In this document: one piece after another, positions 25,361 through 38,427 of the stretch
How positions within the stretch are numbered: the first letter of the stretch is position 1
How the letters are laid out: every line of letters starts with the position of its first letter
DNA from: Trichosphaerium sp. ATCC 40318
Lineage: Eukaryota; Protista; Tubulinea
Assembly: GCA_038496445.1 (NCBI GenBank)
Contig: JALMLS010000256.1
Location: forward strand, 200,456-264,455
DNA: 64,000 nt
Direction of reading: 5' to 3'
Notes under the pieces: model-generated
The model's database searches: none
The model's input: only the letters and a program-made list of their open reading frames with translations
What the model was told of the DNA's origin: nothing
Position numbers and translations under genes: made by a program

Positions 25361-25630
25361 TTACATTCTTGGGCTTCCGCCTTCGAATGCCATTTTTGCT
25401 AGATCAATGTCATAGCTGGATATCATTACGATATTTGATACGCCTGTAGGTGGGTAGTAGAGATCTTCTACCTGTGGGTCCCAAGTCAGAGCGTATGTGT
25501 AGTTTGGTCTGGTGTGAACCAGGATGCTTTTAGGGACTGTGACCGTGACTTTAATCACTAATGGTCTGCCCAGGAGAGAATTGTATTTTTTACGAGCGTA
25601 CTTTCGCACTGCTCGGAGTAGTCTTGACAT
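25361..25630 (-). CDS. 89-aa basic orphan protein (copy 1)
   Basis: Intact ATG-TAA ORF, one amino-acid difference from 40471-40740; more GC-rich than its flanks. Confidence 0.55.
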   Translation of the reverse strand: MSRLLRAVRKYARKKYNSLLGRPLVIKVTVTVPKSILVHTRPNYTYALTWDPQVEDLYYPPTGVSNIVMISSYDIDLAKMAFEGGSPRM

Positions 25631-25987
25631 GTCAAGCAGAAGTATAGATATTGTAGTTGTAGTATTCGTATGCTTCCACTAGACAAAAAAATCGATTTTG
25701 CTTTTAACCAAGTAATTTCTTGTTGCAAAAAAATTGTGGTTTTGCTACGGTTTTTGAGAAAACCGGTTCAATGCGTTGTACATGGTAATTGAAGCATAAC
25801 AAGTCCAATCGATGGTTGATAAGGGGATTTCTATGTTGGGTTTTAAGATATGGAGTTATGAAGTAAATCGGGATTGTAATGTTGAGAAACAAATGTGAAA
25901 AAAAGTGAAATTCGAAAAGAGAAATAAATGTAATTTACACCGGTTTCTACGTTCCCGTATGGTATCTTCCAGGCGTATTTTGATACT

Positions 25988-26500
25988 CATCTATATTTAA
26001 CAGTCAATACAAAATCGTTTGAATCTGAAGAACCAAGAACTTTGCGTAATCAACCTTTATTTACTAGTGGTACGTTATTGATGTTAAAATAAGATGTTTC
26101 CGTGTTGTTTTGATCCAAAACAAGGTTGATCTTTCTGTTGTAGCTTCCCTCAAGCTCTTGTCGCTCAAAATATCCCTCGATTTTATAACGTAAACAAATC
26201 ATAGCGTCGGTGACGGTTTGAACATGTAACGTGCCTTTTCGGTTTCAAAAAAACGTGATCGTACCGTTACCGATATTCTGCTGATTTTTGCTCTCAAACA
26301 AGCTTGTATGTAATGTGAGAGATAGCCGTATAAACTGTAACCTTGTTGGCGCTCTTTCAGTTCAAAATAGGATTTTTCTTTTCTTTTGTCGACTCTGACG
26401 CATTAACAAGAGCCACAATGCGTACTTCTTAGATTCACGATACTTTAAAGCTCTTGCAAGCTGTTTCTGCACCAACAACAGTGATCACTGTTGAAAACGC
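25988..26500 (-). CDS. Possible spliced gene of unknown function in cassette A (frameshifted in copy 2); limits uncertain
   Basis: Open segments YFELKERQQGYSLYGYLSHYIQA and GTLHVQTVTDAMICLRYKIEGYFERQELEG are separated by short GTAC...AG candidate introns. Confidence 0.35.
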
Positions 26501-27291
26501 GTAAGCACGGCTCATCAGCTTGTTGTGATCATAGAATATACAGCTACAATCGACAGACTTGCCATTCGATCGAATTCGAGGACTTTTACAGACTTTTCAA
26601 GAGATACGTTTATGTGCGTACCAATATTTAGAAGACACGACATTACCAATTCTACAGAAACCAGAACCATAAAGCAGACAAAACATTTTCTCCGTACTTT
26701 GAATGCCGAAAGAGTTATACTGTGTAGCTTTTAATTTCCATTTTCGTACTTTTAGAAACATTGTTTACTAAAATAGTATGGCAGATACAAAGCGTCATTG
26801 TACCCTTCAAAATTACCTACGGCGTTAGTGTATAGCGGCAACGTACAAACTTCTGTTTTTATCACACTAAATCAAACTTTGATTAAATCACGTTTTAGCA
26901 ACCGAAATACGCCCGAATATGCCGGAAACATCAAGATGCTGACCTCAGAACTGTATTTTATATATTTAACATGTTTCTTGAGCGATTAATGCGCTACTGT
27001 GTAAACAGCGTTCTGACTTTTGTTTGTGTGAAGTTCTTAGCTTTGTTTTGCTTTTTTCCCCAACAGACTTAAATAAACTAAAAATGCAACTTCAATTCGA
27101 TTCTTAACACGCTGCCACGTTAACCAGTAAAAGGGCATTGCTCTTAAGGATGGATTCATTGTTGTTTGCGTTTATCAACATTTCTCCTTGTACTCTACAT
27201 CGTAAATTATCGGCTCCAAACTGCACAGTATATACGTACGTAGCCATTAATATCTAAAACAAAATACAAGACGCAACTCTTCCTCTCAAAA

Positions 27292-27804
27292 ATGCCTTTT
27301 CGATCATCTCTCAACAACAAAACGAAACAACCTGCCTCCCAAAGCCTTTCTGAATTTGCGTGTAAAGGATTGAAGCATAAAACTGTTCTCATGGTTCTAA
27401 AATCTACGGTGATACAGCTCGACGCCTTGCATCAAGCAGGATATGGCTACATGCGCATCAACGGACAAAACATAAAAGTCCACAGGAAAGAACACTGCCT
27501 GATGCTCACTGGTTCGCGAAACAACGACAAAAATACTGGCTACGGCTCCTTATCACTTGAAGATACAAAAACTCACGATATTCACCAACTCGGATGCTTG
27601 GCAACCTGGCTTGCACTTGGAGGTGAATTTGATATTGTACAAACCATGGACAAGCAACAACAGCTTCATTCTCTAAAAAAAACTTCTGCTTCAACCACAT
27701 TGATTAACTTTGTATCTACGTGCTTCAATGCAACCACGACAACGCGAAACCTTTTAGACAAACTTGAAACTGTACAAGTAAGAAAGTTAAAGAGTAAAAA
27801 ATAG
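27292..27804 (+). CDS. Intronless truncated kinase-like (pseudokinase C-lobe) ORF
   Basis: QLDALHQAGYGYMRINGQNIKV resembles the catalytic loop region; DIHQLGCLATWL resembles the DxWSxG helix; HRD and DFG are absent. Confidence 0.55.
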   Translation: MPFRSSLNNKTKQPASQSLSEFACKGLKHKTVLMVLKSTVIQLDALHQAGYGYMRINGQNIKVHRKEHCLMLTGSRNNDKNTGYGSLSLEDTKTHDIHQLGCLATWLALGGEFDIVQTMDKQQQLHSLKKTSASTTLINFVSTCFNATTTTRNLLDKLETVQVRKLKSKK

Positions 27805-28342
27805 ATTTATGTAAACCTTGTTGTTCAATCTCTTTTTCATCATTTTCACTATGTTGTTCCCATCCGAGTATAATTGGTTTGGTACTACAATATTTAAAAC
27901 TTCCATAGTTCTAACTGTGTACGTTTTAACTTGAGTTCGTTGTTCTAGTTATTTTAAAACAGCTGTGCAATAATAAAACGTGTCTTCGCTGGCTCTTCAA
28001 ATGTGAGCTCATCTCAGGATACACCTTCGACAATGCCGCCACCTCAGCTGTGACTTTGAATAAAAGAGGTAGGTTAAGGCCAGCAATGCTCTATTACACT
28101 GATTCTTAGTTTATCATTCTCCCAAATTGCAAGCTATGCTTTGTATTGTCCAAAAGGTCACAATCACGTGATTTTTCCAAAAGCCATAAATTAATTCGTT
28201 TATTTTTTCCATACAGCAGTCTAGCCTTGGGTTTTTTTCTCTCGAGTAGTTGTATCGAGAGAAAAAAAATAAACACCAAGTTATTTTTTATCCAAAAAAA
28301 AATTGCACTTTTTCTTAGAGTGCTACTTCCTTCTCAATGCGT

Positions 28343-31300
28343 TCATGTGTTTTGTTATTCTTTAGTGTAGTAGGATGAACAAAAGCCAATGGAATTGTTA
28401 CAGACTAATAGTAGAATAAGCAAAGCAAGTAAGAACGAAAAAGAGAATTTCTACGTACTTGCTTATGTTGATGAACAAGTGCAAGTTTAGTGCCTTTAAG
28501 CTCTATGAAGTGATGTACACGTATATATTTACCACCCTGTTGAGTAGTAATAGTTTGTTGGTTATATTTACGTGGTAACGTAATATTATAATCCTTCTCA
28601 AACCTAAAACAAACCATGTAAGAAAAACGTTTAAAAACTCAAAAAAAAAAAAACAATCGCGTGAACTACGCAATTAACTTACGTTGTATCTGGATTACAA
28701 ACATTATGCAAAGACCTCTTAGCGAGAATACGTTCTGCGACATGAGGATGCTTAGACTATAGAAAAGTAAGCAAGTCAACAAAAAAGCTTCGGAACTTGT
28801 ATGTTTCCAAAAAAAAAGCCTAAAACAAACTGTGCTAGCCCAAAGGCCATCGGCGTACCTGATCATCATAAATCAATATCTGCTCTTTTACGGATATCTT
28901 TACTTTACCCAATACATGAGACGAGTGATTAACAATACGCTAAAAGCAATGTTTTAGAATAAATTGTTCTAAAGTTTTTTTTTCCCTTTGAGGAGTACCA
29001 GCGATAAGCGTATCTTATCTCCAAGTGCTACAATCCAGCGATTTACTCTTGCTTCTAATTTAATATGGTGTGCTCTAGATTCTCTAAAGCACTTATCCTT
29101 TGCAGCAGGACCACCATGATGATTAAATGGTGTTACAACTTTAATTGGTAGACCTTAAAAACGGTAAGCAAAGCGAAAGTCAAAAGAGACAAAAATAGGC
29201 AAGATTTCAATTGTGTGTTGGTCTTGTTTACGTCTAAATTAACCCAAGAAGGCTCTTGAGACACAAAAAAAACGGTTTTTTGATTACTTTCATGAATGCG
29301 TTTAATACGTACTGAAAACATTCTTGCTACCATCATCTATAGCTGCAACAAGTACATATCTGGTAAAACCATACTCGCTTGAGTAATTAGGAGGTATTTT
29401 CTCTGGTATATCAATAGAGAATGGCCAAGATTTTTTACCGTTAGGTCCACCAATACTCTACAAAATATGTTAAACCAAGGTACTATCGAGTACCTAAACG
29501 TAAAGATACATGAAGAAGAGTTGCTTACTTTTGATTTTTTGCTAATCTTCTCAAGCACTTTTACTGTATTTACAATAGTGCGTTGTGCTGATACGATCTT
29601 GGTGGAGTTAATTTCTTTTCCTGAAGTGCCGTTGACGTATTCCTTGTAACAAAAAATTAGTTTCGGACATTAAGGCATAGTTTTGACATAAGTGATTGTT
29701 AAATAGATAAAATCTGAGGGTTTTTTGGCGTGATAAATGCGTACTTCGCCTTGGAAACGTATAGTAACCGCTTTGAAGAATTTTGTAGGCAACTGAGAGT
29801 TAAATACAACTTTTCCCTCAAGTTTTGAACCAGCGAACGTTAGATCAGAATTTATCTTTACGACTAGGTGAGGAATTAATCTACAAAAAGGTTAGACCTC
29901 ATTTTAAATACCAAGTAAACAGCTTGACACTACACGCATTACCTCACACGAGAATTCTTATCCAAAGGATCACCAGTAGGTTGTAACCTTGAATTAGGAA
30001 CCCACTTTGCTCTTATTTTAATTTGAACGTTTGTATTAGGCACCTAGGGAGTTTTAGTGCTTTGATTGCCTCAAAAATAGTATAGATAACCACATACCCG
30101 TGTCCAGAGGACCTTACGTTCATCTGGTTTCATACTCTGTATATTAAACGCAACAGAACCTACATGAGTGCCAGTATCCTCCTAAACACCCAATCAACAC
30201 CAAAATAAATAACACCACAATCCTCTACCTCAATTCTGAGTGCGCAACGCTCTACTTCCTTGTCTTCAAAGTAAAGTTGGAATCTACATCCCCATTTTGG
30301 CTCTGCAGTTTCTGCAGAGGTTGTGAACGCCATTCCTTCATCTTCTTTGTTCTTAATGAAAACCTATAGCACAAAAATTAACAACGTCAAATGCAAAAGT
30401 AAAGAGAAAAAACCAAAACACATTTTGGACCATCCTTGATATTTACCTTGACACGATGTAATGACAGACCATTTAAGTTCTTTGCTTCAATGACATCAAG
30501 TTTTAGAATACCTAATGAAACGTAAATAAACAACTCAGCCAGCATTTAATTAAAAGGGCAAGAAATCAATAATAAAAAACAAATAAATAAGCGCTTTTTC
30601 GTATGTACCATTTTTCGCTCTCAAATCAGCCTTTGTAGCTTTAGATTGCGTCTTTGTCTTGCTTTCTTTGTCTCCTGTACTACGACTACTCTTTGCTCTC
30701 TTTTCCTTCTCTTTACTCCTAGTCTTTCCTTCTTTTGACCTGCTCTCCCTTGTTGAAGCTCTTGGTGCTTTTACTTCGCCACTCGTGTTTAAGTTTGTAT
30801 TGTTTCCTGTACTTCCTGTATTTCCGACGAGCTCATTTGTCAATACTAGGTGACCAAATTGATCTATCAAAGGAGCTTGACCAAGGTTCACAGAAATCGA
30901 GTGAGCACGCTCTCTACCTCCATCAACAGGCGCAAGAGTGTCAAAATAGCCAACGTCGAATGGATTACTTTGAGATCCGAGAGGAGCGTTATATCCGCTT
31001 GCTTGTTGTCCTCTTGCGCTAGTATTTAGTCCTCTTGGTGTTGTAGGAGCCTTTTAACAAGATTAGAGAGATTTAAGGTAATTTAAAAACAGCTACAATT
31101 TGCTTATTTTGTACTGTAAGTAGCGTACCGAGCGATATGAGTCTGTGGTTATAACGTTATATTGTAAAAAGGGGTTGTTAATAATAGTTGGGTCTTGTTG
31201 TGTTGAAAGATTAATTGACATTGAGGAGCTTGGAGACAAAGAATCTGTGGTATCGATGATATTGCCACCAGTGACAAAGGTTGGTTTACTGTTCTCATCT

Positions 31301-31655
31301 CGTGGGGAAGTTATCTGTACAGGTTGAAACTCCGTTAGGTTACCAGGCTGCTCTATTGCTACCAACAGGCTTGGTTGCTATATTGCGTACGTTAACTCGC
31401 GAAAAACTAAAGTACTAATTTGCCACCAAAAACGAGAATAACGTGCTGTGATTGCTTGCGTACCCTTTGTCTTTTCTGCACTCTGTGTTTAGTTGGGGTA
31501 CTAGTTTGTGGTGGATGATAGTACTCATCTGTTGCTGTTGGTTGTACTACTTCGCCATTCTCTGCTTTGTAAATATCAAACGCGTTAAACGATAATGAGT
31601 TGTTTAGGCTGATATTGTCCGTAAAAGGGTTATCTAACGATGTCGTAGCTGCCAT
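28343..31655 (-). CDS. C2-domain + arrestin-domain protein with disordered N-terminus, multi-exon
   Basis: LKLDVIEAKEL...TAEPKW (C2); AGSKLEGKVVFN...KAVTIRFQGEV (arrestin_N); IKLEARVNRWIVALGDKIRL (arrestin_C). Confidence 0.7.
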
Positions 31656-31954
31656 TATGTACACCAGAGCGCTGCAGTGGTATTATTAAGTCTGCTTGCC
31701 TAAAAAAACTGGACGAAAATGTTTTTCTGGTGTATTGTTTTTCCGCTATATCAACAAGCACCTACAGCTGACGCTAACTTGCATGCTTTCAAGCACTGTT
31801 CAAGTGTATTTCCTTGTTTGATAAAACGCCGTAAACCTCCGCAAAGCCATAGATCGTTAGGAATCGCAGTATTACAACGTATTAAAAATACGTATTAAAG
31901 TTTATTAGATATACACAAGTGTTAATTAGGTAACAGGCATTGTTACGCTCGCAT

Positions 31955-34900
31955 TCAAGCTGGAAGGCTAGAGGAGGTTAAAAGAAGGTCTTGCTTTTCA
32001 TTGTCCTTCAATTGGCCGTATTTTTTCTTCCACTGCGATTTCTCGTTCTCTAGTTGTGCTAGTTGCGCCTCAGCACTACAAAATCCGCATTAGCGACAAT
32101 TTGGAAGTGATTGGAATCGAGAATTCAGACAAAAACAACACGTACTATTGCAATTTCGTCTCTAAGTGGTCTAAAACCTGTTCCAAGTCTTCTCCTTCTC
32201 CTTTACCAGATTTAAGAGTTGTATCTTCAGGAACTCCTCCGGCAACACCACTAGAGTAAGCCCTGGATGTATTGACTACGCGAACATGTTAGCGCGTAAA
32301 TAGCAGAAAATGTCAACTTTTTTTGGGTTGAAAAAAATTTTTACGACACGTGCCATCAACGATTGTTTGTTTTGCGTTTGAGTTTGTTCTGACTTTTCCT
32401 CCTTTCTTTTTATTACGTGGACGATGTCGTTGAGGAGGCAGAATCTCTCTTCCACCAGTAGAAGATCCCTTTGACCCTGTAGATCCTGCTGACTCCGTTC
32501 CTTTCCTTACTGCGTGTAATAAGAGTAATTTTTGAGCGAATAGAGCAATAATTGTTAACACTAAAAGGAGATGTTAGCAAACAGTTGATATTTTTCATTG
32601 AATAGGAGAAGAAATCTTTGTTAGGCGTACCAGCTCCAAAAATTACAGCAAGAGAAACTAACGTGTATGAAATGAGACTTATTTCTCTTCCTCTGTCTTG
32701 AAGAGAAAGCAAAAGTACGTAGATTACAATAGTAAAGAGGGCGACATTGTATATTGAAAAAGCGATAACTTTGGACTCATCAAGGACTTGGAACTTAATC
32801 TTACGTACACGCCACGCAAGAATTGCGCCAAAGCAAAGGATACCGAGCTAATAATAAAGTTATTTTGAATAATACGTTTTTAGATAATAAAAGAAAATCA
32901 CGTGTGAGGAAGGAGCGCATTGTTCAACTTTAGATTTTTTTTGTTGGGCGTACTTTTTCGATTGCTAAGATTATCAGGAAAGCTAGCCCTGATCCTGGGT
33001 TTGCTTCGCATTTATTGTAAGCGATAGATAAGTCATAATCATCGTCGAATACAATTGTCTTGCTAGGCCTAGCAACAATACTATTCAAGGAAACTATAAT
33101 TAGATCACCAAGAAGCATCAAGCCAACAATAATAAGCAAGAAAGTATCACTACAAACATTAGGTTACTGTCAGTTTTCTTTCGGGGTTTGCAATGGCAAT
33201 ACGTACCTCACATTCACACGAACTAGTTCTTTCGAAGCTCTCATGATGAGCACTATACGGAGGGATTTGGCGAAAAGTGGTCTAGAGGTTTTATGAGTTT
33301 TTTTTTTTTTGTTTGTTTGAGGTAGGTACCCGAAGAGCACCACAAATCCTATATTTTGTGTGAACACTGCGAAGTGGCATGTGAAGTCATTCATAAATCC
33401 AGGAGACCAGAAAAAGTTGGTGGAACTGTATAGAATAAGAATCACAAAAAGCTGAAAGAATATAAATGTGTACAGAAAAATTATAGCTCCTGTTGCTACG
33501 AGGATTAGAAACACTGGTGATGACCATTTGACAACCTATGGTTTTTAGAGGGTAGTCACAGAATGAATAGGAAATAACAAGATTATACCTGTGTATCACG
33601 GAAGGCTATAACGAAACCAATAAAAGAAAGGCAAATTACAATTGATATGATTGTGAGAACCATTATAATGATTTCAACAAGAAGACCTGCATAGGTGTTA
33701 TTTTTTTCGCTCACGTGATTTGAGATATTGAGATATTTTGGTACAACGTACCCCAGTCCAAATTTAGGTTTCTGTTAGCCCATGGGGTTACTGGGTATAC
33801 AATTGCTGAGTTGGCGGCTAAACAGTTGTTAAATATTGTTAATTGTCACCGTGGTGTCACATACCCGCAAGCGGTCCAATTATTTTTACAGGTGGTCCAG
33901 TTTCTCTCGCTGATGTATTTTGAAGCTGTGAAAGAACATTGAGCAAAAATTGGTCGTACAGGAGAGTACACAAAGACATATTTTGATCTACTAAAAGAGA
34001 ATAGTTTTTTTTTTTCAAAAATTAAATCTCACCTGCATGAAATAAGGACTTCTTCTTTGGGTATGATCAATATCCCAACCGTAAATACCATTAAATGTCC
34101 TACATAATTATCAAAACGAAGAAAAACTTGAGGAAGCGAGATATGCGGTGTAAATTTGGTACAACACCATTATTTTCATAACAAACTGAAACAATAAAAA
34201 AAGAAAAAAAAAGTTCGTCGCTATGGCGTCATATAAGAGCTCCACGTACGAAAAGTCAGATCTTAGAACTGTTGATGCGATGTCACTACCAGTATCCGAT
34301 CTCTTGCTGATTTCCTACAGCAAATACAATGTCAACAAATGGCAAGAAAAAAAAATCCACTAAAACCAAAAAAGTCCAGAAAATCTGTTCAAACGCACCT
34401 GTATTGTCTTTATAACAAATCCAATACCAAGAAAGGTATTAAGTGTTATCTCGTCAAAAGGGATATCGTATTTCTTTTCAAATTCTCCCTCAAAGCGATC
34501 AACAATCAGCTGATAATTAGCGAAGAATATTTCTCCAGCAGGGAACATGACACCTGCTCTAAATCGTACAACACCGGTGTGCAGGTTAACTAAGAAACGA
34601 ACAATACTACTTAGCAAACACCGGAACAACAACGGAACGCATAGGCGTGTCCGTAGCTCTAAAATATACGTACACAAAGGAATATCATTTTCCCCTTCTA
34701 TTTCGTCCATATCGTGGTGTACAACAAGTTTAGGTGTCCTTTAAACAATACAATCAATCTCTTTATTTTCAGAAAAAAAGAAAAAAAAAGAAACCCTTCA
34801 ACACGTGTCCGTACCAGTCCAAGTCACGCATTGCATTCACTATACATGAAATGTCATCTCCTGATGCGAATATAAATAGGGCATCAAGATTGTTATTGGT

Positions 34901-36099
34901 CTGTGAGAATGTTAGAAAATAATAAAAAAGAGAAAGAAAATTCTTTAAAAAACCAAGCTAGTGCGGTTGCAACGTGTCTGTACCTTTTGAGCTTCTCTAA
35001 TACTTGCTTCGCATGCGGACTTATCACCTGGTAGAAATACGTAACTAGTAGCTGTAGCGGCTCCAAAGTCTGGAAGTAGTTTGTTCAAACTCTGCAGGTA
35101 AAGTAAGTGTGAATTAATTTTTTTTTTTGAAGAGCCAAAGAAGTTAAAACTTACATCTATCTTTGACTTGAAGTCTTCTGTGTCCTCGTAGATGACAAAA
35201 ACAGATGATACATTGTTTATACGAAAATAAGGAAGCACTTCGTCCCAGTAACTAAAAGAATAAGGGCAGGAATGTAGAAAACAGTCTCATAGAAAAGTGT
35301 ATTGAGTTCAAAGAGCGTCAAGAAAAATTGCGTACTGATCGTCAGCCAACGCCATAGGTATGACATTATCTGTAGAATTCCATATATTAGGATCATCAGC
35401 ACCGGGGTTAATCTTATAATGAAGTAAGAGTGGAGAAATTTCAATTATACGGCAAGTACTACCTATTATTTTTCTGGTTCAAAAAAGACAAAAAACAATC
35501 TTAATTTAGAAACAGATCTCCTAATAACGTACCCTGAAACATTCAGTCTTATTAACTGCCGCTGAAATACTTTTAGAATACTCATTAACTGCATCTTCTA
35601 TAAAAAACATATAGTCTTCAGTTGATTCAAGCGATACCATATCATTGTTACACCAAGACACGTAGTCCTATTTTCTATTATTACGACAAAAAAAAAAAAA
35701 AAAAGTTCTGCAGGTTTTTTTTGACGAAGTGCTTGGATACTTTACTACTAAAAAGCACGTGATTTATACTCCATATTATGTATAATCACGTGACGTTTGA
35801 TTTTAGAACGTGATTAAAAGACGTACTGATACTTTTGATGCTTCGTCTTCAGATGTATTTAAAATAGCGTTTATCGTGTATGTCTTGTTTGAAATAACGA
35901 TTGTGCCATACTCCTGCTCGCTCCAGTATTTGTAAAATAAAATACCATTAGCGATAGACTCTGCTTGAGATTTATATTCTACTGATGCCAAGTCAAGCGA
36001 AGCAGCTATAGTTATTGTAGGTTGACTTGCTGTTATCTGACAAAACGATAATAAGATTATTACCGCTAGGTAAAATAACATACAAGAGCTTCTGTACAT
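31955..36099 (-). CDS. Class C (GABA-B/Grl-like) GPCR with periplasmic-binding-protein ectodomain, multi-exon
   Basis: Signal peptide, ITIAASLDL; 7TM_3 motifs IGFVVLFG|PLFAKSLRI, AWRVRKI..LDESKVIAFSIYN, LVRLT; coiled-coil tail. Confidence 0.88.
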
Positions 36100-37626
36100 T
36101 TGTTTAAAAGCTATAATTGTTGTATGGATAATAATGAAGTAATAAACAAGACTTAAATTCAAAAGTAATTTAGTTACTTTTAGGAATGAAAAGCTCCGCG
36201 TTTTGAACCCGACTTTTTTGCGGTACCTTTTTTTTTCTGTCACGTGATTTTCGACAACTACAACAAATGTACATTTATCTAAATTGTTTGTAAACGTTTT
36301 GAGTTTAATTCGGAACAAGTTTTATTACTAGCTTTGTAGTTTTTGTACAAAATACGTTGTGATGCTTTGAAGCACGTGAACCCGCTTTCGTTCGTTTTTT
36401 ACGAAACTTTTCAAACTTACCCTCAAGAAATTTTATTTCTCGCAAACAAGACGATAGCTTATTCTCTTGCGCGGTAAACATTAGATTTTTATCACCAACC
36501 GTTTTTTATTTTGTTTGGACTTTCGGGATTAATCCACTTTGAAAAAAACTTCAAAAAAAAAGATCTTTGGATTTTTACAAAGCTTGTCTTCTCGCTTCTG
36601 TAAATCGTAGATCTTTACAAATACTCCGTTCCAACCAAAGAAATACCTGCTTTTAACCAGTTAATTATAGGCCTGTTGTGATTGATACTAATTACCAACA
36701 GCATCAGCGTAAGAACCTGTCACTGTTGTTTCGGAAAAGAACAGTCGGTTAGATCTTTTTTACTTGGTGCACATAGTATTGCAGTTTCATCAGCAACAAC
36801 ACAAACAGACACAAATTAAACACAATAATACCTATAAAAGCAACAGCAAGAGTGTGAAAAACTGGCCAGACGTATGTTGGTAGCGTTAATCAACCATCTC
36901 CCTAAAAGTAACGAGAGCCGAATTATTTTGTTGTTTAAAGATTGTTCGATGCCGCCCTACACGCTACTTACAGGTGGGGTCAATATCAAAGTACAACAGC
37001 ATAGCACAATGAAAGGTCTTGCAGGATCGACATTACTAAAAAACTTGGAAAACTATTTAGTTCCAATACGAAATCAACAAAAAAAAATGTGGTAATGTCT
37101 AAAACCAATCGATAAAGATAAGCGTGTTAAAAAAAGTTGATGGTTCAAGGAGTTAACCTAAAGCTTGAGTTGTGATGCTATTCAGACCTTCTTTTTTTGA
37201 CAGCCAATAGAGGAAAACCTCCAAACTAGAGTTATTAGTCACGGTAGATATGAATACGACGAAAATAAGTAAATGGCACGAAAAACAGTTTCAATGGATT
37301 GCAAACAGCTCTTTACTACTTCTTACGCGTAGAAAACACTATACGTAAAGCCAAATCAAGCATGAACGAGTTTTCGTTAACTTTTCACCTAACGGGAACG
37401 TATGACGTATATTCTTTGTGATAAAACTCGTGGGTCATAATACGGACACACTGCACGAAATGTTGGTTCGCAATGGCATGAACTGGTTTTGTTGATAGAA
37501 AGCTTGCTGTCTATAGCATTGTAAGGTTGTACGTATTGGTTTTAAACACAAACATCAAATCATGTGCCTACTTGGCAGTCGTTTGAAGTCAATTTATTTT
37601 TTTGAAAGCAACTATCTTACTTTACA

Positions 37627-38427
37627 ATGTTGCGTACGTCTATTCGTTTCGGTGGACTAGCTCGTGTGGAGAGACGACACAGAGGGAGGAGATACACTAA
37701 ATATGACGCTAAAAACTTGTATTGTGACACCACAAAAGTATTACTTGACGCAAAGAAGCACAAAGGTCTTACCTTTGCTGATCTGGGCAAAGTACTTTAA
37801 AAATAACTGTTCACTTTTTTTTTCCAACGAAACGGCGTCATCTCACGTTTTTTTATTTTGTACGTAGGCTATGGATAGGAGCGAGATGTTTGCAGCTTCT
37901 GTAGTTTATAGGCAAGCTAGTTGTACCCAAACAGATTCTGACAAGCTCCTTAAAGCGCTTGGTAAGGATAAACGACTAAAAAGCGAAACATTAAAATCAG
38001 ATTGATGTTAACGGTTTTTTTTGAAGGAATCTCTGAAGACCAACTTCCAGAATTTACCAATAGACTTACTGACTACCCTACAAAGGGACTGGCATCAACA
38101 GATTGCAATGATCCAGCAATCACGAGGTTTTTTGAGATGATAAAGGTTAGAGATCAAAAAAAAAAACCTAAGACATTTCTAACTGTTTGGTTTGGTTAGA
38201 TTTACGGGTTTCCTCTGAAAGCTGTAATGCATGAAAAGTTTGGTGATGGCATTATGAGCGCTATTGACTTTGAGGTTCACATGACAAAGGTAAAGTTCAC
38301 CATTCGTGAATTTTTTTCTCGTGTTGACTCGAACTTCTCATTGAAAGTGTTGTAGGAGAAGAACCCAAATGGTGATCGCGTGAAGATAACATTAGATGGT
38401 AAATTCCTTCCTTATAAAAAATTCTAG
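37627..38427 (+). CDS. cynS: Cyanate hydratase (cyanase), 5 exons
   Basis: [16 protein letters not shown]; DPAITRFFE; [23 protein letters not shown]; [15 protein letters not shown]. Confidence 0.96.

Larger units (their letters stand above)
24975..27307 (-). repeat. Cassette A copy 1
   Basis: Inverted copy at 39114-41115, near-identical over long stretches. Confidence 0.93.

Noticed and set aside
25799-25832. Diversity-generating retroelement TR/VR pair
   Set aside because: Substitutions are not adenine-specific on either strand, and no RT is present
26490-26520. Exact CTGATGAG on the minus strand as a hammerhead
   Set aside because: No stem II or GAAA follows, and it is deleted in the second copy
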